A DNA stretch of 32,000 nt, taken from Alkanindiges sp. WGS2144. Its GTDB lineage: Bacteria; Pseudomonadota; Gammaproteobacteria; Pseudomonadales; Moraxellaceae. Below the pieces are notes generated by a model, which searched no databases, was not told the DNA's origin, and worked only from the letters and a program-made list of their open reading frames with translations. This document shows, piece by piece, positions 9,370 to 19,131 of the stretch (positions are counted from its first letter, which is position 1; every line of letters begins with the position of its first letter). A program made the position numbers and the translations under genes. The stretch lies in the NCBI RefSeq assembly GCF_043950625.1, contig NZ_CP171007.1; one strand, given 5' to 3'.

Positions 9370-10449
9370 TTAAACCAGAGCAGTCACCACCGCTTCACCC
9401 ATGGCCTGCGTGCCGACTTGCTTCATGCCTTCACTCATAATATCGCCAGTACGCAATCCTTGATCCAGTACCTTGCCGACTGCATCTTCAATGGCTTTGG
9501 CCGCAGCTTCCTCACGGAAGGTATAGCGCAGCATCATGGCTACCGACAAAATAGTCGCTAGTGGATTAGCAATGTTTTTACCTGCGATATCAGGTGCCGA
9601 GCCATGGCAGGGTTCATACATGCCTTTGCCGTTTTCGTCCAGTGAGGCGGATGGCAGCATGCCAATCGAACCGGTCAGCATGGCCGCTTCATCGGATAAA
9701 ATATCACCAAACAGATTACCCGTCACAAGCACATCAAACTGCTTGGGTGCCCGCACCAACTGCATGGCGGCGTTATCCACATACATATGCGACAGTTGAA
9801 TGTCCGGATAGTCTTTGGCAGCCAGATCAGTGACGGTTTGTTTCCATAGCTCAGTCACCTCTAGCACATTGGCTTTATCGACTGAACAGACTTTGCCACC
9901 ACGCAGTTTTGCCATTTCAAACGCGACTTTAGCAATGCGCTTGATTTCAGACTCAGAATACACATCGGTGTTGTAGCCCTGTTTTTCTCCATTGTCCAGG
10001 GTACGAATACCGCGCGGCTGACCAAAATAAATCCCGCCAGTCAGTTCACGCACAATCAGAATATCCAGACCTGCCACAATTTCTGGTTTAAGGCTGGAGG
10101 CATCAGCCAGTTGTGGATACAAAATGGCTGGGCGCAGATTGGCAAATAAATTTAACTCGCTACGAATTTTAAGCAGACCACGTTCTGGCCGGATGGCACG
10201 TTCAATATTGTCCCACTTTGGCCCACCCACGGCACCCAGCAAAATCGCATCGGCTTTACTGGCCTGTGCACTAGTCGCTGCCGGATAAGGTTCGCCATGC
10301 GCATCAATGGCACAGCCACCCAGTAATCCATGCTCCCAACTTAAACCCAGCTCAAATTTCTGGTTAACAGCAGTTAATACCTGTTCAGCAGCGCCCATAA
10401 TTTCCGGGCCAATCCCATCCCCTGCCAAAATAAGAATATGCTTCGACAT
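9370..10449 (-). CDS. leuB: 3-isopropylmalate dehydrogenase
   Basis: 359 aa with [18 protein letters not shown] and [26 protein letters not shown] motifs. Confidence 0.97.
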   Translation of the reverse strand: MSKHILILAGDGIGPEIMGAAEQVLTAVNQKFELGLSWEHGLLGGCAIDAHGEPYPAATSAQASKADAILLGAVGGPKWDNIERAIRPERGLLKIRSELNLFANLRPAILYPQLADASSLKPEIVAGLDILIVRELTGGIYFGQPRGIRTLDNGEKQGYNTDVYSESEIKRIAKVAFEMAKLRGGKVCSVDKANVLEVTELWKQTVTDLAAKDYPDIQLSHMYVDNAAMQLVRAPKQFDVLVTGNLFGDILSDEAAMLTGSIGMLPSASLDENGKGMYEPCHGSAPDIAGKNIANPLATILSVAMMLRYTFREEAAAKAIEDAVGKVLDQGLRTGDIMSEGMKQVGTQAMGEAVVTALV

Positions 10450-10548
10450 TAATCAATTCCACGCTTTAAAATTTTATCTATCAGAAAGCTGCCTGTTTAT
10501 CGTACCAGCACATGACTGACCGCAGGCTGCCTGTTCCTGTACTTGGTT

Positions 10549-11175
10549 TTAACTGCTCACCCGCTGCTCAATAAACTCGCCAAGCCCGGTACTTGGATCA
10601 AAAGGCCGGCAAAAGCGCCGAATGACCTGATGTTCCTCCAGTAGCTGCACACATAAGGGTTCAGGCGCGGCCATACTCAGCAGGCTGGAAGAACCCGTAT
10701 TGATACGTTGCCTAAACATGCTTAAATAATAGCTGCGACCTGCCCGGAAGTTATGGATCAGGCTAAAATTTTCAGCACGATCCAGAGTTACCGGGTAAAA
10801 GCGCAGCTTAACCTCACTAACTCCCGGCTGCATGGCTACAAAGTATTTGGAAGCTGGCTGATTACCCAAGGCATCCGGCTCAAAACGAACCATTGAGGCA
10901 TGAATCGCCTCGTCAGTTGGTTGTCGGGTAATCTCGTTAATTACCACAACATTATTGAGCTTGGCAAACTCACAACGAATGTTTCCTATGCAGTGCAAGC
11001 TGGTTAAACCCTGTGGTGTCGGGCTTTGCAATATGTCAATTTTTGCCGGTGAAAGATACGGCTTTGACTGGCCAGATTTACCTGGCATCCACTGGCAAGC
11101 CGCCAGGCCGATCACCAGCAATGCCAGCGCTAAACCCATTAAACCTGTTTTATACATGGCAACCAAGTGCTCCAT
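10549..11175 (-). CDS. hypothetical lipoprotein located between leuD and leuB
   Basis: Lipobox LVIGLAAC follows a hydrophobic h-region. GGGGAAA SD lies 7 nt upstream of the ATG at 11175. It has the same orientation as leuCD and leuB. No family recognised. Confidence 0.65.
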   Translation of the reverse strand: MEHLVAMYKTGLMGLALALLVIGLAACQWMPGKSGQSKPYLSPAKIDILQSPTPQGLTSLHCIGNIRCEFAKLNNVVVINEITRQPTDEAIHASMVRFEPDALGNQPASKYFVAMQPGVSEVKLRFYPVTLDRAENFSLIHNFRAGRSYYLSMFRQRINTGSSSLLSMAAPEPLCVQLLEEHQVIRRFCRPFDPSTGLGEFIEQRVSS

Positions 11176-11288
11176 TTATGGGTTTCCCCATTGTATCAGA
11201 ACCCAAACCGTTTAGTTTTACTATAAAAAGTTCAGATCAATCAACTTTAGTTTGACTGCCATGCGCTTTATTGCACTGCGATATCAAA

Positions 11289-11942
11289 TCAGGCGTTCCT
11301 TAAGCTATTGAATACCCAGGGACGTGCCTGTCTGGCCTGGCTTTCAAATGCTGTAATGGTATCGCTGTCCTGCAAGGTTAAGCCAATATCATCCAGCCCA
11401 TTGATCAGGCAGTGCTTGCGAAACTCATCAACGCAAAAGGCAAATTCCTGGCCATTAGGGGTTCTTATTACTTGATTGGGTAAATCGACGGTAAGCTGGT
11501 AGCCTTCCTGCTGATTGCACTCATTAAACAGCTGATCAACAATTTCTTCAGATAACACCACCGGCAACATGCCATTTTTAAAGCAGTTATTAAAGAAAAT
11601 GTCGGCAAAACTGGGCGCGATGACCGTTCTAAAGCCATACTCCTCTAAAGCCCACGGCGCATGCTCACGGCTAGACCCACAGCCAAAATTACTACGTGCC
11701 AGCAAAATACTCGCACCCTGGTAACGCGGCTGATTGAGTACAAAGTCTTTGTTTAAAGGACGCTGGCTATTGTCCTGACCTAAATAACCCTCATCCAGAT
11801 AGCGTAACTCGTCAAACAGATTGGCACCAAAGCCAGTGCGCTTGATAGATTTTAAAAACTGCTTGGGAATAATTAAATCGGTGTCGACATTGGCACGATC
11901 AAGTGGCGCCACTAAACCTTGCTCAACAGTATATTTTTTCAT
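11289..11942 (-). CDS. leuD: 3-isopropylmalate dehydratase small subunit
   Basis: 217 aa with [26 protein letters not shown] and [16 protein letters not shown]. Confidence 0.96.
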   Translation of the reverse strand: MKKYTVEQGLVAPLDRANVDTDLIIPKQFLKSIKRTGFGANLFDELRYLDEGYLGQDNSQRPLNKDFVLNQPRYQGASILLARSNFGCGSSREHAPWALEEYGFRTVIAPSFADIFFNNCFKNGMLPVVLSEEIVDQLFNECNQQEGYQLTVDLPNQVIRTPNGQEFAFCVDEFRKHCLINGLDDIGLTLQDSDTITAFESQARQARPWVFNSLRNA

Positions 11943-12027
11943 TGTAGGTTTCCTATAAATCTTAACAGCATCGAATCTCCCCTCCTTGATGCAGAGGGGC
12001 TTATATCAGAAACGGCTCAGGCAAATT

Positions 12028-13473
12028 TTAAAACGTGCGTACATCCACAAAATGACCTGCTAGCGCAGCAGCAGCGGCCATCGCCGGACTCACCAGATGC
12101 GTACGGCCACCATTGCCCTGACGGCCTTCAAAATTACGGTTGGATGTCGACGCACAATGCTCACCCGGCTGCAATTTATCCGCATTCATGGCCAGGCACA
12201 TGGAACAGCCTGGTTCACGCCATTGAAAACCCGCTTCTATAAAAATCTTGTCCAGACCTTCTTGTTCAGCCTGCTGTTTTACCAGCCCTGAACCAGGTAC
12301 CACCATGGCTTGCTTGATGGTTGGTGCAACAGTGCGACCTTTAATCACCTCAGCAGCGGCACGCAAATCTTCAATACGCGAGTTGGTACACGAACCAATA
12401 AACACCCGATCCAGCTGAATATCAGCCAGAGACTGCCCGCCAGTTAAACCCATATACTGATACGCGCGTGTCCAGTCATTACGCTGTACATCGTCTTTGG
12501 CCTGCTCAAGCTTAGGTACTGGCTGGGTCACTGGAATGACCATTTCTGGCGACGTACCCCACGATACCTGTGGCTCAATGCTGGCACCATCCATATCAAT
12601 CACAGCATCAAATACTGCATCATCATCAGAATGCAGGGTGTTCCAGTAAGCCACCGCCGTATCCCACTGCTCAGCAGTAGGAGCAAATGGCCTGCCCTTA
12701 AAGTAGTCAATGGTTTTGTCATCCACTGCCACCATGCCCACACGAGCACCGGCTTCAATAGCCATGTTGCACACGGTCATACGGCCTTCCATGGACATAT
12801 CACGAAAAACCTGCCCGCCAAACTCAATGGCATAGCCCGTGCCGCCTGCTGTACCAATTTTGGCAATAATCGCCAGCACCACATCTTTGGGCGTAACCCC
12901 TGCACCCAGCTTGCCATTGACGCGAATCAGCATGTTTTTGGATTTTTTCTGGATTAAGCACTGGGTAGCCAGCACATGCTCCACTTCTGAGGTTCCAATC
13001 CCATGCGCCAGACAGCCAAAAGCGCCGTGCGTGGCGGTGTGCGAGTCACCACATACTACCGTCATGCCCGGCAAGGTTAAGCCCTGCTCTGGCCCGACCA
13101 CATGCACGATGCCCTGACGCTGGTCAAAAATATCAAACTCAACCACATCAAATTTTTTGCAGTTATCATTTAAGGTTTGTACCTGAATTCGTGAGGTATC
13201 ATCCTTAATACCGGCAATACCCAGTGCACGCTCTGCCGTATCGGTGGGCACGTTATGATCTGGAGTTGCCACGTTGGCATCCAGACGCCACGGTTTGCGG
13301 CCAGCCAGTTCCAGGCCCTCAAAAGCCTGCGGACTGGTCACTTCATGCAAGATATGGCGGTCAATATAAATCAGGCTTGAGCCATCATCACGCTGCTTCA
13401 CCAGATGGTCGTCCCACAATTTGTCGTAAAGGGTTTTACCGCCCACTTTATTTGTCATGTTGCTTGTTGCCAT
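12028..13473 (-). CDS. leuC: 3-isopropylmalate dehydratase large subunit
   Basis: Near-collinear with E. coli LeuC as I remember it: [58 protein letters not shown]. The track start at 13488 is TTG; the ATG at 13473 has a GAGG SD 7 nt upstream. Confidence 0.97.
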   Translation of the reverse strand: MATSNMTNKVGGKTLYDKLWDDHLVKQRDDGSSLIYIDRHILHEVTSPQAFEGLELAGRKPWRLDANVATPDHNVPTDTAERALGIAGIKDDTSRIQVQTLNDNCKKFDVVEFDIFDQRQGIVHVVGPEQGLTLPGMTVVCGDSHTATHGAFGCLAHGIGTSEVEHVLATQCLIQKKSKNMLIRVNGKLGAGVTPKDVVLAIIAKIGTAGGTGYAIEFGGQVFRDMSMEGRMTVCNMAIEAGARVGMVAVDDKTIDYFKGRPFAPTAEQWDTAVAYWNTLHSDDDAVFDAVIDMDGASIEPQVSWGTSPEMVIPVTQPVPKLEQAKDDVQRNDWTRAYQYMGLTGGQSLADIQLDRVFIGSCTNSRIEDLRAAAEVIKGRTVAPTIKQAMVVPGSGLVKQQAEQEGLDKIFIEAGFQWREPGCSMCLAMNADKLQPGEHCASTSNRNFEGRQGNGGRTHLVSPAMAAAAALAGHFVDVRTF

Positions 13474-13640
13474 GTCGTTGCCTCGCAAAAGCTGGGTAAA
13501 AAAATGATTTAAGTGAATTATAAGCCAGGCTTTTAAATAAAACTAATTTATCATTTTTATGCTTTAATAAACTTTTGGGAATATGTTTAGTGCGCTTTAA
13601 TGCTATTATTTTTTAAATTCTATATAAACCTCTAAGCGCA

Positions 13641-14438
13641 ATGAAAAAGACTGTAGTGCATGGCTCTGAAGAAAAAGTCGCTCGGTTGGCTGTACTCATT
13701 GATGCCGACAATGCTTCTGCCAAAAATATAAAAAGCATTCTGGATGAAGTCACCAAATATGGAGAAGCCACTGTCAAACGGATTTATGGCAACTTTACTG
13801 ATCAGGTAGGCAGTGCATGGAAACAATGTATCAATGACCTGGCCATTAAACCCATGCAGCAATTTGCCTATACAACCGGGAAAAATGCAACCGATGGTTT
13901 TATGATTATTGATGCCATGGACTTGCTGTATACCGACCGGTTTGACGGGTTTTGTATTGTTTCCAGTGATAGTGACTTTACTGCCTTAGCCGTTCGCATT
14001 AAGGAGCAGGGCGCAACGGTGTATGGCTTTGGCAAAAAACAGACTCCTTTAGCTTTTATCAATGCCTGTAGCCATTTTACCTATGTCGAAAACCTGGAGA
14101 AAGACAAAGAGGATTTTAATGAGGACATAAAAAGCGCCCCTCAAAAAAACATCAGTAAAAAATCTGAACCTGTCACATCTGGTAATACCCAGTCACTGCC
14201 ACGTGCCGTGCTGCCCCTTAAAACCATCAGGCGTATTTTTAATAATCAGGATTCAGACTGGATTACGGTTGCCTCGCTTGGTTCCCAGTGGAAGTTGCTA
14301 CAAACTGACTTTGATCCACGCACCTATGGCTGTAAAAAAGTCAGCGATCTGGTAAAAGCCTACCCCGATATTTTCGATATTGAGGAGCGTGTGACCACCA
14401 ATGACCACAAGCATCTGTATGTTCGCCTGAAAATATAA
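13641..14438 (+). CDS. NYN (LabA-like PIN-fold nuclease) domain protein with C-terminal OST-HTH/LOTUS domain
   Basis: The N-terminal 150 aa carry the NYN pattern: LAVLIDADNAS, TGKNATDGFMIIDAMD, FCIVSSDSDFTALAVRIKEQGATVYGFG. The C-terminal about 70 aa (DSDWITVASLGSQWKLLQTDFDPRTYGCKKVSDLVKAYPDIFDIEER) fit OST-HTH. Hand-counted GC is 41/100 and 39/100 nt. Confidence 0.8.
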   Translation: MKKTVVHGSEEKVARLAVLIDADNASAKNIKSILDEVTKYGEATVKRIYGNFTDQVGSAWKQCINDLAIKPMQQFAYTTGKNATDGFMIIDAMDLLYTDRFDGFCIVSSDSDFTALAVRIKEQGATVYGFGKKQTPLAFINACSHFTYVENLEKDKEDFNEDIKSAPQKNISKKSEPVTSGNTQSLPRAVLPLKTIRRIFNNQDSDWITVASLGSQWKLLQTDFDPRTYGCKKVSDLVKAYPDIFDIEERVTTNDHKHLYVRLKI

Positions 14439-14474
14439 ACGCACTCTGGATGCCCATGTTTAATCAGAAAACTT

Positions 14475-15353
14475 ATGAACCTTTCTAACTTCAATGCTTT
14501 TATTGCCGTGATGGAAACCGGCTCGGTGTCACAGGCTGCCGAAAAACTGTTCTTAACCCAACCTGCCATTACCAAACGCCTGAAAAACCTGGAGGAAGAA
14601 TTGGGGGTACATTTATTTGAACCGGCTGGCCGGGGAATTTTGCCCACACAGGCTGCGCGTGAGTTATTGCCGCGTGTCAAGCACTGGCTGCTGGAATATG
14701 AAGATATCAAACACGCCCTAAGCCATGCTCAACATCGCGTTGGGGGGGTGTTGCGCCTTGGTACCAGCCATCATATTGGCCTGCATCATTTGCCAGCCAT
14801 CCTCAAGCAATATGTGCAGCAGTACCCTGAGGTGCAGCTGGATGTACATTTTGTCGATTCGGAACAGGCGCATCAGGCGGTGTTAAGTGGAGAGCTGGAG
14901 CTGGCCTTTTTAACCCTGCCACCCCAGCCAGATAGTCGCTTGCACTACCAGACCCTATGGCATGATCCCTTACAGTTTGTGGTGGCACCGTTTCATCCAC
15001 TGGCAACCCAATCAGCGCCTGGGCTGGCAGATTTAATTGATTACCCTTGCTTGTTACCTGCAGCACATACCTATACCAGCCAGATTACATTGCAAGCCTT
15101 TGAACAGCACGATTTAAAACCGCATGCCAACATGAGCACCAACCCGCTGGAATCCATTCGCATGCTGGTGTCTATTGGCATGGGCTGGTCGGTGCTGCCT
15201 GCTACCTTAATTAACCATGATCTGGCAGCACTAGATTTGCCGCTGGCGTTGAGCCGCGAACTGGGCATGGTGACTCATCCGGCACGCACCCAGTCAAGAG
15301 CAGCCAGCGCCCTGGTTGCATTGTGCCCAACCCTGCAAACCCAGCGTATCTAA
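14475..15353 (+). CDS. LysR-family transcriptional regulator
   Basis: N-terminal wHTH (FIAVMETGSVSQAAEKLFLTQPAITKRLKNLEEELGVHLFE) and a C-terminal LysR substrate-binding fold. Confidence 0.9.
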   Translation: MNLSNFNAFIAVMETGSVSQAAEKLFLTQPAITKRLKNLEEELGVHLFEPAGRGILPTQAARELLPRVKHWLLEYEDIKHALSHAQHRVGGVLRLGTSHHIGLHHLPAILKQYVQQYPEVQLDVHFVDSEQAHQAVLSGELELAFLTLPPQPDSRLHYQTLWHDPLQFVVAPFHPLATQSAPGLADLIDYPCLLPAAHTYTSQITLQAFEQHDLKPHANMSTNPLESIRMLVSIGMGWSVLPATLINHDLAALDLPLALSRELGMVTHPARTQSRAASALVALCPTLQTQRI

Positions 15354-16022
15354 TCAGGCATTTACCGCAATTGACCAGTCTTCTACCGGCCAGTTATGCG
15401 CCAACGCATGGGCATGCAAGCGGGCATCCGGATTCACTGCCACCGGATGATCCACAAACTCCAGTAAAAACCGGTCGTTAAACGAATCTGAATACCCCCA
15501 GCTTTGTTCAACATGCAGGTTTTTGTCGGTCAGCCAGCGCTCTAAATGCCGCAGCTTGCCTGCCTGAAAACATGGCTCACCCTGCAAACGGCCGGTATAG
15601 CGGTTGTCACAAATTTCCGGTACGCTGGCAATCAGGTCACTCACCCCAAATGCTTCAGCAATAGAACGGGTAATAAACGCATTGGTGGCTGTAATAATCA
15701 GCACATGATGCCCAGCCTGCTGATGGCGACGGATCGCCTCCTGACCTTTGGGACGCATGGCAGGCATAATAATATCCTGCATAAACTCATCATGAATGGC
15801 ACGCAGCTGAGTCATGTCATGCTGGCTTAAAAACTCAAATACAAACTCATTATAAGCCACAGCATCCAGTGTGCCGGCCTGATAATCCTGGTAAAACTGG
15901 TCATTGCGGGCACGATGTCGACCTTCATCAACCAGTTGCTTAAAAATCAGAAATTCACCCCATGCGTGATCCGAATCAATATCCAGCAGGGTATGATCCA
16001 GATCAAATAACGCCAGCTGCAT
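15354..16022 (-). CDS. HAD-IB family hydrolase (phosphoserine-phosphatase-like)
   Basis: Motif I ALFDLDHTLL, motif II IITATN, and YSDSFND near the C-terminus. GGGAG SD lies 6 nt upstream of the ATG at 16022. Its stop directly abuts the LysR stop. Confidence 0.85.
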   Translation of the reverse strand: MQLALFDLDHTLLDIDSDHAWGEFLIFKQLVDEGRHRARNDQFYQDYQAGTLDAVAYNEFVFEFLSQHDMTQLRAIHDEFMQDIIMPAMRPKGQEAIRRHQQAGHHVLIITATNAFITRSIAEAFGVSDLIASVPEICDNRYTGRLQGEPCFQAGKLRHLERWLTDKNLHVEQSWGYSDSFNDRFLLEFVDHPVAVNPDARLHAHALAHNWPVEDWSIAVNA

Positions 16023-16213
16023 GCCGCGCTCCCTATTTTTGCTAATTTGCTCACAAAAAACTGTAAATCTCTCACCGCTACCGGGCAGAAATTCGTTAAG
16101 ATCATAACAAATATTTCATTGCTTATTTCGTGATTTGTCAGGTGCTGATTTGTACAAGGAACAAATCCCAGCAATTACGAATCAAGCCATTAACAAAATT
16201 TAAGGTACGCCAA

Positions 16214-16702
16214 ATGATCGACTCCGAAGGTTTCCGACCCAATGTCGGGATCATCTTGGCAAACGAAAATGGACAGGTGCTATGGGCCAAGCGGATTGGT
16301 CATAATGCCTGGCAGTTCCCTCAAGGTGGTATCCAGCCCGGTGAAACACCCGAACAGGCAGTTTATCGTGAGCTTTGGGAAGAAGTCGGGCTATTGCCTG
16401 ACCATGTCCAGATACTGGCGCAAACCCGGGGATGGTTGCGCTATCGTTTGCCACATCGCTACATTCGTCAGGATACCAATCCTGTCTGTATTGGGCAAAA
16501 ACAAAAATGGTTTTTACTGTTATTAAAAGCCCCTCAGGAACTCATCACACTGGACGCCTGCCATCCGGCAGAGTTTGATGAATGGACCTGGGTGAGCTAC
16601 TGGTATCCGCTGACGCAGGTAGTTCCCTTTAAACGTGATGTTTACCGTAAAGCCATGATGGAACTGTGCCGGCGCTTGCCGATTGCACTGCCTGCCCGCT
16701 AA
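16214..16702 (+). CDS. rppH: RNA pyrophosphohydrolase RppH (NudH)
   Basis: [15 protein letters not shown] start and Nudix box [23 protein letters not shown]. The track ORF begins at 16130, but the ATG at 16214 is preceded by AAGG and matches the canonical RppH N-terminus. It sits upstream of ptsP, as in E. coli. Confidence 0.93.
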   Translation: MIDSEGFRPNVGIILANENGQVLWAKRIGHNAWQFPQGGIQPGETPEQAVYRELWEEVGLLPDHVQILAQTRGWLRYRLPHRYIRQDTNPVCIGQKQKWFLLLLKAPQELITLDACHPAEFDEWTWVSYWYPLTQVVPFKRDVYRKAMMELCRRLPIALPAR

Positions 16703-16790
16703 AGGCGATGCAATCTTTAAAACCAGCTTGCTTTAAAATATAGTAAGGATTAATGACAGTGCGCTAAAACGCATTAGCCGGAGAAACAAC

Positions 16791-19085
16791 ATGTCAGCAA
16801 TGCAACTGGAAACACTACGACGCATCGTCCAGGAGGTTGATGCTGCGCCCAGTTTGCATGAAGCACTGGAAGTCATGGTTGAGCAAGTGGCTGATGCCAT
16901 GGGTTCTGAAGTGTGCTCAGTGTATTTGCTGGATGAACGTAATCAGCGCTATGTGCTCATGGCTTCCAAAGGCTTAAATACCGAATCCGTTGGTGTGGTA
17001 TCGCTGGCCACTGGCGAGGGGCTGGTCGGGCTGGTTGGGCAGCGTGAAGAAATTGTCAACCTGGAAGACGCGGCCAGTCATACCCGCTACCATTACCTGC
17101 CCGAAACCGGCGAGGAAATGTACAAGTCATTTCTGGGCGTGCCGATCATGTACCGGCGTAAGGTCATGGGCGTGATGGTGGTACAAAACCGGGATAACCG
17201 TGCCTACAGCGAAGCTGCCGAATCCTTTTTGGTGACTTTATGTGCCCAGCTCTCCGGCGCCATTGCCCATGCCCATGCGGTGGGGCAGGTTGATGTATTC
17301 AGAAAGCCAACACTGGGCAAAACCTCAAAAATGTTTCAGGGTGTGCCCGGTGCAGGCGGCGTTGCAATTGGCCGTGCTGTGGTGTTTTATCCACCAGCTG
17401 ACCTTAATGCAGTGCCGGATCGTCAGGCTGAGGATATTACCGAAGAACTGGACCTGGTCAGGCAGGCCATTGCGGCAGTACGGCAGGATATCCGTGAGCT
17501 GGACGCCAAAATGCAGGACTCCCTGCTAATTGAGGAACGCGCCCTGTTTAGCGTGTATTTACGCATGCTGGATGACAATGCACTGCCAGCCGAAATTAAT
17601 GCCCTGATCCGCGATGGAGAGTGGGCACAAGGCGCGGTGCGCAAAGTCATTGAAAACCACACCGCCCACTTTGCCCAGATGGAAGATGAATATCTGCGTG
17701 AGCGGGTATCAGATATCCGCGATCTGGGCCGGCGTATTCTGGCACGCCTGCAAACAGCCGATCAGAACCACCGTGAACTCAACGAAGAAAGTATTTTAAT
17801 TGGGGAAGAAATTACCACGGCGGCATTGGTCGAACTGCCCGTTAACCATATAGCAGCCATTGTCACCACCGAAGGCGCAGCTAACTCGCATATGGTGATT
17901 GTGGCGCGTGCCCTCGGCATTCCGACTGTGGTTGGGGTCACCGAACTGCCGGTCACCTCACTAGATGATGCAGAAATGATCGTCGATGCGCATCAGGGTC
18001 GTATTTATGTGCATCCCATCCGTCGCCTAAGACAGCGCTACAAGGAAATTCAAAAAGAAGAACAACAGGCCGCTAAAGACCTGAAAAACTATGAAACCCG
18101 CGATACTGTGACCCCGGATGGACATGTGGTCAACTTATATGTCAACACCGGCTTGATGATTGATGTGGTTCGCGGTGTGCAACGTGGTGCGCAGGGCGTT
18201 GGCCTGTATCGCAGTGAAATTCCGTTCATGTTGCGCGAACGCTTTCCGGGTGAAGAAGAACAGCGCATTACCTACCGTCAGCAACTCAGTCATTTTGCCA
18301 ATAAGCCAGTCGTGATGCGCACGCTGGACATTGGTGCCGACAAAGACCTGCCCTATTTTAGTATTCAGGAAGAAAACTCCGCACTGGGCTGGCGTGGCAT
18401 CCGTTTTACCCTGGATCATCCGGAAATTTTTTCATCACAGATTCGCGCCATGCTCAAGGCCAGCATTGGCCTAAACAACCTGCATATTTTGCTACCTATG
18501 GTGACCAGTGTTACCGAAGTGGAAGAAGCCCTGTACTTATTGTATCGCTCACTGGCAGAAGTACAGGAAGAAGAACAGGTTAAAATTGCCATGCCCAAGG
18601 TCGGCGTGATGATTGAAGTGCCCAGTGTACTATTACAAATGCAAGATATGGCAGAGCTGGTCGATTTTTTCTCAGTCGGCTCCAATGACTTAACCCAGTA
18701 CCTGCTGGCGGTTGACCGCAACAATCCGCGCGTGGCGGACTTATACTCCCATCATCATCCTGCGGTGCTGCGGGCGCTGGATTATCTGGTCAGGCAGGCA
18801 CAGCAAATGAACAAGCCCATCAGCATTTGTGGTGAAATGGCTGGTGAACCCACCACAGCCATTTTAATGATGGCCATGGGTTTTAACGTGCTGTCCATGA
18901 GTTCCAGTAATATTCTGCGTATTCGCAAAACCCTGAGCCATGTACCACTAACCGATGCCAAACGCTTATTACAGGAAGTGCTGCAAATGGATAGTGCGCT
19001 GGTGGTTAAAAGCTGGCTAGAACATTATTTAATCCGGCAGGGTCTGGGGGATATGGTCAAAAGCAGTTTAATACTGCCTGCCTAG
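16791..19085 (+). CDS. ptsP: phosphoenolpyruvate-protein phosphotransferase PtsP (EI-Ntr, GAF domain)
   Basis: 764 aa with an N-terminal GAF domain, the phospho-His region TEGAANSHMVIVARALGIPTV, and C-terminal PEP-utilising motifs (VGLYRSEIPF, FFSVGSNDLTQY). GGAGAAA SD present. Confidence 0.95.
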   Translation: MSAMQLETLRRIVQEVDAAPSLHEALEVMVEQVADAMGSEVCSVYLLDERNQRYVLMASKGLNTESVGVVSLATGEGLVGLVGQREEIVNLEDAASHTRYHYLPETGEEMYKSFLGVPIMYRRKVMGVMVVQNRDNRAYSEAAESFLVTLCAQLSGAIAHAHAVGQVDVFRKPTLGKTSKMFQGVPGAGGVAIGRAVVFYPPADLNAVPDRQAEDITEELDLVRQAIAAVRQDIRELDAKMQDSLLIEERALFSVYLRMLDDNALPAEINALIRDGEWAQGAVRKVIENHTAHFAQMEDEYLRERVSDIRDLGRRILARLQTADQNHRELNEESILIGEEITTAALVELPVNHIAAIVTTEGAANSHMVIVARALGIPTVVGVTELPVTSLDDAEMIVDAHQGRIYVHPIRRLRQRYKEIQKEEQQAAKDLKNYETRDTVTPDGHVVNLYVNTGLMIDVVRGVQRGAQGVGLYRSEIPFMLRERFPGEEEQRITYRQQLSHFANKPVVMRTLDIGADKDLPYFSIQEENSALGWRGIRFTLDHPEIFSSQIRAMLKASIGLNNLHILLPMVTSVTEVEEALYLLYRSLAEVQEEEQVKIAMPKVGVMIEVPSVLLQMQDMAELVDFFSVGSNDLTQYLLAVDRNNPRVADLYSHHHPAVLRALDYLVRQAQQMNKPISICGEMAGEPTTAILMMAMGFNVLSMSSSNILRIRKTLSHVPLTDAKRLLQEVLQMDSALVVKSWLEHYLIRQGLGDMVKSSLILPA

Positions 19086-19131
19086 TTCTGGCTTTGCCCA
19101 CCCAGCTTTGGCACTGGTTTGAGAATCCTGC

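Noticed and set aside
13489-13640. Looked for a leucine-rich leader peptide or attenuator upstream of leuC, as in the enterobacterial leuL.
   Set aside because: I saw no short ORF with consecutive Leu codons and no terminator/antiterminator hairpin pair in the 150-nt AT-rich region.
13583-14464. Short similar sequences flank the NYN gene. ATGTTTAGTGCGCTTTAA lies at 13583-13600. On the other side are TAAACGCACT at 14436-14445 and ATGTTTAAT at 14456-14464. They could be insertion scars or repeats.
   Set aside because: The matches are only 7-10 nt, imperfect and in AT-rich DNA, and one overlaps the stop codon. That is too weak to call a target duplication or inverted repeat without comparative data.
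14360-14710. 116-aa minus-strand ORF spanning the NYN gene end and the LysR gene start.
   Set aside because: It overlaps two well-supported plus-strand genes, including the conserved LysR HTH, and has no recognisable features.
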